Made by a program: the position numbers and the translations under genes. Shown here in pieces: positions 56,401 through 64,000 of a DNA stretch of 64,000 nt (the first letter of the stretch is position 1; each line of letters starts with the position of its first letter). The stretch is from Eledone cirrhosa (taxonomy: Eukaryota), in assembly GCA_964016885.1 (NCBI GenBank), contig CAXHJY010001253.1:6001-70000 (forward strand), written 5' to 3'. The notes under the pieces were generated by a model that saw only the letters and a list, made by a program, of their open reading frames with translations, searched no databases and had not been told where the DNA came from.

Positions 56401-59400
56401 CGGCGGACTTTGTTGACGTTTAACACGGTTTGGTTCCACAGCCACAACTATTGATTTTAAGGAGATATCTTGCTGAAATTCACGCCACACATAGCCAATG
56501 AGTGTCTGCACATGTACCAGTAATTACAGATCGATCCGACCAGGGGCGGCCGGCCCGCGATTGAAAAGGTAACTCCGCCGGCAAATCGTCATTTTTGGAT
56601 TCGTTTTCTTGGAAGCACACCATTCGCCGGCGGACTTTGTTGACGTTTAACACGGTTTGGTTCCACAGCCACAACTATTGATTTTAAGGAGATATCTTGC
56701 TGAAATTCACGCCACACATAGCCAATGAGTGTCTGCACATGTACCAGTAATTACAGATCGATCCGACCACGGGCGGCCGGCCCGCGATTGAAAAAGTAAC
56801 TCCGCCGGCAAATCGTCATTTTTGTGATCCGTTTTCTTCGAAGCACACCATTCGCCGCCGGACTTCAGCTGCCTCATTTAGCATGGGCTGTTTTTTTTGA
56901 AAATCACACCACACACAACCAATGTGTGTCTGCACATGTACCAGTAATTACAGATCGATCCCCCCACGGGCGGCCGGCCCACAATCGAAAAGGTTACTCC
57001 GCCTGCAAATCGTCATTTTCGGATTCGTTTTCTTCGAAGCACACCATTCGCCGGCGGACTTCAGCTGCCTCATTTAGCATGGGCAGTTTTTCTTGAAGAT
57101 CACACCACACACAGCCAATGAGTGTCTGCACATGTACCAGTAATTAGAGATCGATCCGACCACGGGCGGCCGGCCCACGATCGAGAAAAAGGTAACTCCG
57201 CCGGCAAATCGTCATTTTTGTGATCCGTTTTCTTCGAAGCACACCATTCGCCGCCGGACTTCAGCTGCCTCATTTAGCATGGGCAGTTTTTTTTGAAAAT
57301 CACACCACACACAACCAATGTGTGTCTGCACATGTACCAGTAATTACAGATCGATCTGACCACGGGCGGCCGGCCCGCGATTGAAAAGGTAACTCCGCCG
57401 GCAAATCGTCATTTTTGTGATTCGTTTTCTTCGAAGCACACCATTCGCCGCCGGACTTCAGCTGCCTCATTTAGCATGGGCAGTTTTTTTTGAAAATCAT
57501 ACCACACACAACCAATGTGTGTCTGCACATGTACCAGTAATTACAGATCGATCCCACCACGAGTTCAATGTAAACAAACTTACGCTCAACGACTTTGTTG
57601 ACGTTTAACACGGTTTGGTTCCACAGCCACAACTATTGATTTTACGGAGATATCTTGCTGAAATTCACACCACACACAGCCAATGAGTGTCTGCACATGT
57701 ACCAGTAATTAGAGATCGATCCGACCACGGGCGGCCGGCCCACGATCGAGAAAAAGGTAACTCCGCCGGCAAATCGTCATTTTTGTGATCCGTTTTCTTC
57801 GAAGCACACCATTCGCCGCCGGACTTCAGCTGCCTCATTTAGCATGGGCAGTTTTTTTTGAAAATCACACCACACACAACCAATGTGTGTCTGCACATGT
57901 ACCAGTAATTACAGATCGATCCGACCACGGGCGGCCGGCCCGCGATTGAAAAGGTAACTCCGCCGGCAAATCGTCATTTTTGTGATTCGTTTTCTTCGAA
58001 GCACACCATTCGCCGCCGGACTTCAGCTGCCTCATTTAACATGGGCAGTTTTTTTTTAAAATCACACCACATACAACCAATGTGTGTCTGCACATGTACC
58101 AGTAATTACAGATCGATCCCACCACGGGCGGCCGGCCCACAATCGAAAAGGTTACTCCGCCTGCAAATCGTCATTTTCGGATTCGTTTTCTTCGAAGCAC
58201 ACCATTCGCCGCCGGACTTCAGCTGCCTCATTTAGCATGGGCAGTTTTTCTTGAAGATCACACCACACACAGCCAATGAGTGTCTGCACATGTACCAGTA
58301 ATTAGAGATCGATCCGACCACGGGCGGCCGGCCCACGATCGAGAAAAAGGTAACTCCGCCGGCAAATCGTCATTTTTGTGATCCGTTTTCTTCGAAGCAC
58401 ACCATTCGCCGCCGGACTTCAGCTGCCTCATTTAGCATGGGCAGTTTTTTTTGAAAATCACACCACACACAACCAATGTGTTTCTGCACATGTACCAGTA
58501 ATTACAGATCGATCCCACCACGAGTTCAATGTAAACTAACTTACGCTCAACGACTTTGTTGACGTTTAACACGGTTTGGTTCCACAGCCACAACTATTGA
58601 TTTTAAGGAGATATCTTGCTGAAATTCACGCCACACATAGCCAATGAGTGTCTGCACATGTACCAGTAATTACAGATCGATCCGACCACGGGCGGCCAGC
58701 CCGCGATTGAAAAGGTAACTCCGCCGGCAAATCGTCATTTTTGGATTCGTTTTCTTCGAAGCACACCATTCGCCGGCGGACTTTGTTGACGTTTAACACG
58801 GTTTGGTTCCACAGCCACAACTATTGATTTTAAGGAGATATCTTGCTGAAATTCACGCCACACATAGCCAATGAGTGTCTGCACATGTACCAGTAATTAC
58901 AGATCGATCCGACCAGGGGCGGCCGGCCCGCGATTGAAAAGGTAACTCCGCCGGCAAATCGTCATTATTGGATTCGTTTTCTTGGAAGCACACCATTCGC
59001 CGGCGGACTTTGTTGACGTTTAACACGGTTTGGTTCCACAGCCACAACTATTGATTTTAAGGAGATATCTTGCTGAAATTCACGCCACACATAGCCAATG
59101 AGTGTCTGCACATGTACCAGTAATTACAGATCGATCCGACCACGGGCGGCCGGCCCGCGATTGAAAAAGTAACTCCGCCGGCAAATCGTCATTTTTGTGA
59201 TCCGTTTTCTTCGAAGCACACCATTCGCCGCCGGACTTCAGCTGCCTCATTTAGCATGGGCTGTTTTTTTTGAAAATCACACCACACACAACCAATGTGT
59301 GTCTGCACATGTACCAGTAATTACAGATCGATCCCCCCACGGGCGGCCGGCCCACAATCGAAAAGGTTACTCCGCCTGCAAATCGTCATTTTCGGATTCG

Positions 59401-62400
59401 TTTTCTTCGAAGCACACCATTCGCCGGCGGACTTCAGCTGCCTCATTTAGCATGGGCAGTTTTTCTTGAAGATCACACCACACACAGCCAATGAGTGTCT
59501 GCACATGTACCAGTAATTAGAGATCGATCCGACCACGGGCGGCCGGCCCACGATCGAGAAAAAGGTAACTCCGCCGGCAAATCGTCATTTTTGTGATCCG
59601 TTTTCTTCGAAGCACACCATTCGCCGCCGGACTTCAGCTGCCTCATTTAGCATGGGCAGTTTTTTTTGAAAATCACACCACACACAACCAATGTGTGTCT
59701 GCACATGTACCAGTAATTACAGATCGATCTGACCACGGGCGGCCGGCCCGCGATTGAAAAGGTAACTCCGCCGGCAAATCGTCATTTTTGTGATTCGTTT
59801 TCTTCGAAGCACACCATTCGCCGCCGGACTTCAGCTGCCTCATTTAGCATGGGCAGTTTTTTTTGAAAATCATACCACACACAACCAATGTGTGTCTGCA
59901 CATGTACCAGTAATTACAGATCGATCCCACCACGAGTTCAATGTAAACAAACTTACGCTCAACGACTTTGTTGACGTTTAACACGGTTTGGTTCCACAGC
60001 CACAACTATTGATTTTACGGAGATATCTTGCTGAAATTCACACCACACACAGCCAATGAGTGTCTGCACATGTACCAGTAATTAGAGATCGATCCGACCA
60101 CGGGCGGCCGGCCCACGATCGAGAAAAAGGTAACTCCGCCGGCAAATCGTCATTTTTGTGATCCGTTTTCTTCGAAGCACACCATTCGCCGCCGGACTTC
60201 AGCTGCCTCATTTAGCATGGGCAGTTTTTTTTGAAAATCACACCACACACAACCAATGTGTGTCTGCACATGTACCAGTAATTACAGATCGATCCGACCA
60301 CGGGCGGCCGGCCCGCGATTGAAAAGGTAACTCCGCCGGCAAATCGTCATTTTTGTGATTCGTTTTCTTCGAAGCACACCATTCGCCGCCGGACTTCAGC
60401 TGCCTCATTTAACATGGGCAGTTTTTTTTTAAAATCACACCACATACAACCAATGTGTGTCTGCACATGTACCAGTAATTACAGATCGATCCCACCACGG
60501 GCGGCCGGCCCACAATCGAAAAGGTTACTCCGCCTGCAAATCGTCATTTTCGGATTCGTTTTCTTCGAAGCACACCATTCGCCGCCGGACTTCAGCTGCC
60601 TCATTTAGCATGGGCAGTTTTTCTTGAAGATCACACCACACACAGCCAATGAGTGTCTGCACATGTACCAGTAATTAGAGATCGATCCGACCACGGGCGG
60701 CCGGCCCACGATCGAGAAAAAGGTAACTCCGCCGGCAAATCGTCATTTTTGTGATCCGTTTTCTTCGAAGCACACCATTCGCCGCCGGACTTCAGCTGCC
60801 TCATTTAGCATGGGCAGTTTTTTTTGAAAATCACACCACACACAACCAATGTGTTTCTGCACATGTACCAGTAATTACAGATCGATCCCACCACGAGTTC
60901 AATGTAAACTAACTTACGCTCAACGACTTTGTTGACGTTTAACACGGTTTGGTTCCACAGCCACAACTATTGATTTTAAGGAGATATCTTGCTGAAATTC
61001 ACGCCACACATAGCCAATGAGTGTCTGCACATGTACCAGTAATTACAGATCGATCCGACCACGGGCGGCCAGCCCGCGATTGAAAAGGTAACTCCGCCGG
61101 CAAATCGTCATTTTTGGATTCGTTTTCTTCGAAGCACACCATTCGCCGGCGGACTTTGTTGACGTTTAACACGGTTTGGTTCCACAGCCACAACTATTGA
61201 TTTTAAGGAGATATCTTGCTGAAATTCACGCCACACATAGCCAATGAGTGTCTGCACATGTACCAGTAATTACAGATCGATCCGACCAGGGGCGGCCGGC
61301 CCGCGATTGAAAAGGTAACTCCGCCGGCAAATCGTCATTTTTGGATTCGTTTTCTTGGAAGCACACCATTCGCCGGCGGACTTTGTTGACGTTTAACACG
61401 GTTTGGTTCCACAGCCACAACTATTGATTTTAAGGAGATATCTTGCTGAAATTCACGCCACACATAGCCAATGAGTGTCTGCACATGTACCAGTAATTAC
61501 AGATCGATCCGACCACGGGCGGCCGGCCCGCGATTGAAAAAGTAACTCCGCCGGCAAATCGTCATTTTTGTGATCCGTTTTCTTCGAAGCACACCATTCG
61601 CCGCCGGACTTCAGCTGCCTCATTTAGCATGGGCAGTTTTTCTTGAAGATCACACCACACACAGCCAATGAGTGTCTGCACATGTACCAGTAATTAGAGA
61701 TCGATCCCCCCACGGGCGGCCGGCCCACAATCGAAAAGGTTACTCCGCCTGCAAATCGTCATTTTCGGATTCGTTTTCTTCGAAGCACACCATTCGCCGG
61801 CGGACTTCAGCTGCCTCATTTAGCATGGGCAGTTTTTCTTGAAGATCACACCACACACAGCCAATGAGTGTCTGCACATGTACCAGTAATTAGAGATCGA
61901 TCCGACCACGGGCGGCCGGCCCACGATCGAGAAAAAGGTAACTCCGCCGGCAAATCGTCATTTTTGTGATCCGTTTTCTTCGAAGCACACCATTCGCCGC
62001 CGGACTTCAGCTGCCTCATTTAGCATGGGCAGTTTTTTTTGAAAATCACACCACACACAACCAATGTGTGTCTGCACATGTACCAGTAATTACAGATCGA
62101 TCTGACCACGGGCGGCCGGCCCGCGATTGAAAAGGTAACTCCGCCGGCAAATCGTCATTTTTGTGATTCGTTTTCTTCGAAGCACACCATTCGCCGCCGG
62201 ACTTCAGCTGCCTCATTTAGCATGGGCAGTTTTTTTTGAAAATCATACCACACACAACCAATGTGTGTCTGCACATGTACCAGTAATTACAGATCGATCC
62301 CACCACGAGTTCAATGTAAACAAACTTACGCTCAACGACTTTGTTGACGTTTAACACGGTTTGGTTCCACAGCCACAACTATTGATTTTACGGAGATATC

Positions 62401-64000
62401 TTGCTGAAATTCACGCCACACATAGCCAATGAGTGTCTGCACATGTACCAGTAATTACAGATCGATCCGACCAGGGGCGGCCGGCCCGCGATTGAAAAGG
62501 TAACTCCGCCGGCAAATCGTCATTTTTGTGATTCGTTTTCTTCGAAGCACACCATTCGCCGGCGGACTTTGTTGACGTTTAACACGGTTTGGTTCCACAG
62601 CCACAACTATTGATTTTAAGGAGATATCTTGCTGAAATTCACGCCACACATAGCCAATGAGTGTCTGCACATGTAGCAGTAATTACAGATCGATCCGACC
62701 ACGGACGGCCGGCCCGCGATTGAAAAGGTAACTCCGCCGGCAAATCGTCATTTTTGGATTCGTTTTCTTCGAAGCACACCATTCGCCGGCGGACTTTGTT
62801 GACGTTTAACACGGTTTGGTTCCACAGCCACAACTATTGATTTTAAGGAGATATCTTGCTGAGATTCACGCCACACATAGCCAATGAGTGTCTGCACATG
62901 TACCAGTAATTACAGATGGATCCCACCACGGGCGGCCGGCCCACAATCGAAAAGGTTACTCCGCCTGCAAATCGTCATTTTCGGATTCGTTTTCTTCGAA
63001 GCACACCATTCGCCGGCGGACTTCAGCTGCCTCATTTAGCATGGGCAGTTTTTCTTGAAGATCACACCACACAGAGCCAATGAGTGTCTGCACATGTACC
63101 AGTAATTACAGATGGATCCCACCACGGGCGGCCGGCCCACAATCGGAAAGGTTACTCCGCCTGCAAATCGTCATTTTCGGATTCGTTTTCTTCGAAGCAC
63201 ACCATTCGCCGGCGGACTTCAGCTGCCTCATTTAGCATGGGCAGTTTTTCTTGAAGATCACACCACACACAGCCAATGAGTGTCTGCACATGTACCAGTA
63301 ATTAGAGATCGATCCGACCACGGGCGGCCGGCCCACGATCGAGAAAAAGGTAACTCCGCCGGCAAATCGTCATTTTTGTGATCCGTTTTCTTCGAAGCAC
63401 ACCATTCGCCGCCGGACTTCAGCTGCCTCATTTAGCATGGGCAGTTTTTTTTGAAAATCACACCACACACAACCAATGTGTGTCTGCACATGTACCAGTA
63501 ATTACTGATCGATCCGACCACGGGCGGCCGGCCCGCGATTGAAAAGGTAACTCCGCCGGCAAATCGTCATTTTTGTGATTCGTTTTCTTCGAAGCACACC
63601 ATTCGCCGCCGGACTTCAGCTGCCTCATTTAACATGGGCAGTTTTTTTTTAAAATCACACCACACACAACCAATGTGTTTCTGCACATGTACCAGTAATT
63701 ACAGATCGATCCCACCACGAGTTCAATGTAAACTAACTTACGCTCAACGACTTTGTTGACGTTTAACACGGTTTGGTTCCACAGCCACAACTATTGATTT
63801 TAAGGAGATATCTTGCTGAAATTCACGCCACACATAGCCAATGAGTGTCTGCACATGTACCAGTAATTACAGATCGATCCGACCAGGGGCGGCCGGCCCG
63901 CGATTGAAAAGGTAACTCCGCCGGCAAATCGTCATTTTTGGATTCGTTTTCTTCGAAGCACACCATTCGCCGGCGGACTTTGTTGACGTTTAACACGGTT
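53489..64000. repeat. Mixed island 2: 34 B, 8 C and ~11 A monomers, continuing past the window end
   Basis: Begins with the same sequence as island 1 at offset +31163. Segment X starts at 54342, 56150, 57562, 58523, 59935, 60896, 62308, 63720. Confidence 0.96.
55292..62410. repeat. Three tandem copies of a 2373-bp, 12-monomer higher-order repeat (B4-C-A2-B4-C)
   Basis: Unit starts at 55292, 57665, 60038; ORF-track offsets 55668/58041/60414 and 57417/59790/62163 are all +2373; monomer lengths 200+197+196+200+168+227+227+197+196+200+197+168 = 2373. Confidence 0.94.

Larger units (their letters stand above)
1..64000. repeat. Tandem satellite DNA array, ~294 monomers of three related types (227, 196-200 and 168 bp), single orientation, running off both window ends
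   Basis: The motif TCTGCACATGTACCAGTAATTA recurs with only occasional substitutions every 168-228 bp across the entire window on the + strand. No unique sequence, no inversion. The A monomer is ~49% GC (111/227 by hand count). Confidence 0.99.

Noticed and set aside
24505-62354. 60-90 aa plus-strand ORFs in the mixed islands
   Set aside because: Chance open frames created by B/C indels and SNPs; not conserved across equivalent monomers.
80-62833. Hundreds of 64-aa minus-strand ORFs (MWLWNQTV...) and 93-aa ORFs (MQTLIG...)
   Set aside because: They arise once per monomer because the repeat is near-identical. The 64-aa ORF starts at a non-ATG codon, the visible variants are mostly amino-acid changing, one copy (7798) has a stop, B/C monomers break the frame, and I recognise no protein motif.
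1-64000. Pure assembly or concatemer artefact
   Set aside because: Structured SNP haplotypes, private mutations and nested non-identical duplications are hard to produce by read concatenation, although exact copy numbers still need read validation.

Overview
The whole 64 kb is one uninterrupted head-to-tail satellite DNA array of about 294 monomers, all in the same orientation. I found no genes, transposon insertions or unique DNA. It looks eukaryotic (centromeric or heterochromatic-type satellite), but I cannot identify the family or organism from sequence alone. All ORFs in the track are by-products of the repeat. Three monomer types are built from shared modules: A (227 bp = head + core + GACTT + 69-bp tail A), B (196-200 bp = head + core + GACTT + 38-bp tail B) and C (168 bp = head + 29-bp segment X + GACTT + tail A). 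Two homogeneous, indel-free A-only blocks (98 and 93 monomers) alternate with two mixed A/B/C islands (22.3-32.4 kb and 53.5-64 kb). The islands obey a strict order rule and contain 1215-bp, 2373-bp and 4.66-kb higher-order repeats, and the whole window looks like two diverged copies of a ~31-kb super-unit. The most interesting observation is that the dominant A monomer is exactly a B/C chimera joined at the shared 5-bp GACTT, so the window may record the birth and sweep of a new satellite monomer. All counts were made by eye from the sequence and ORF-track spacing.
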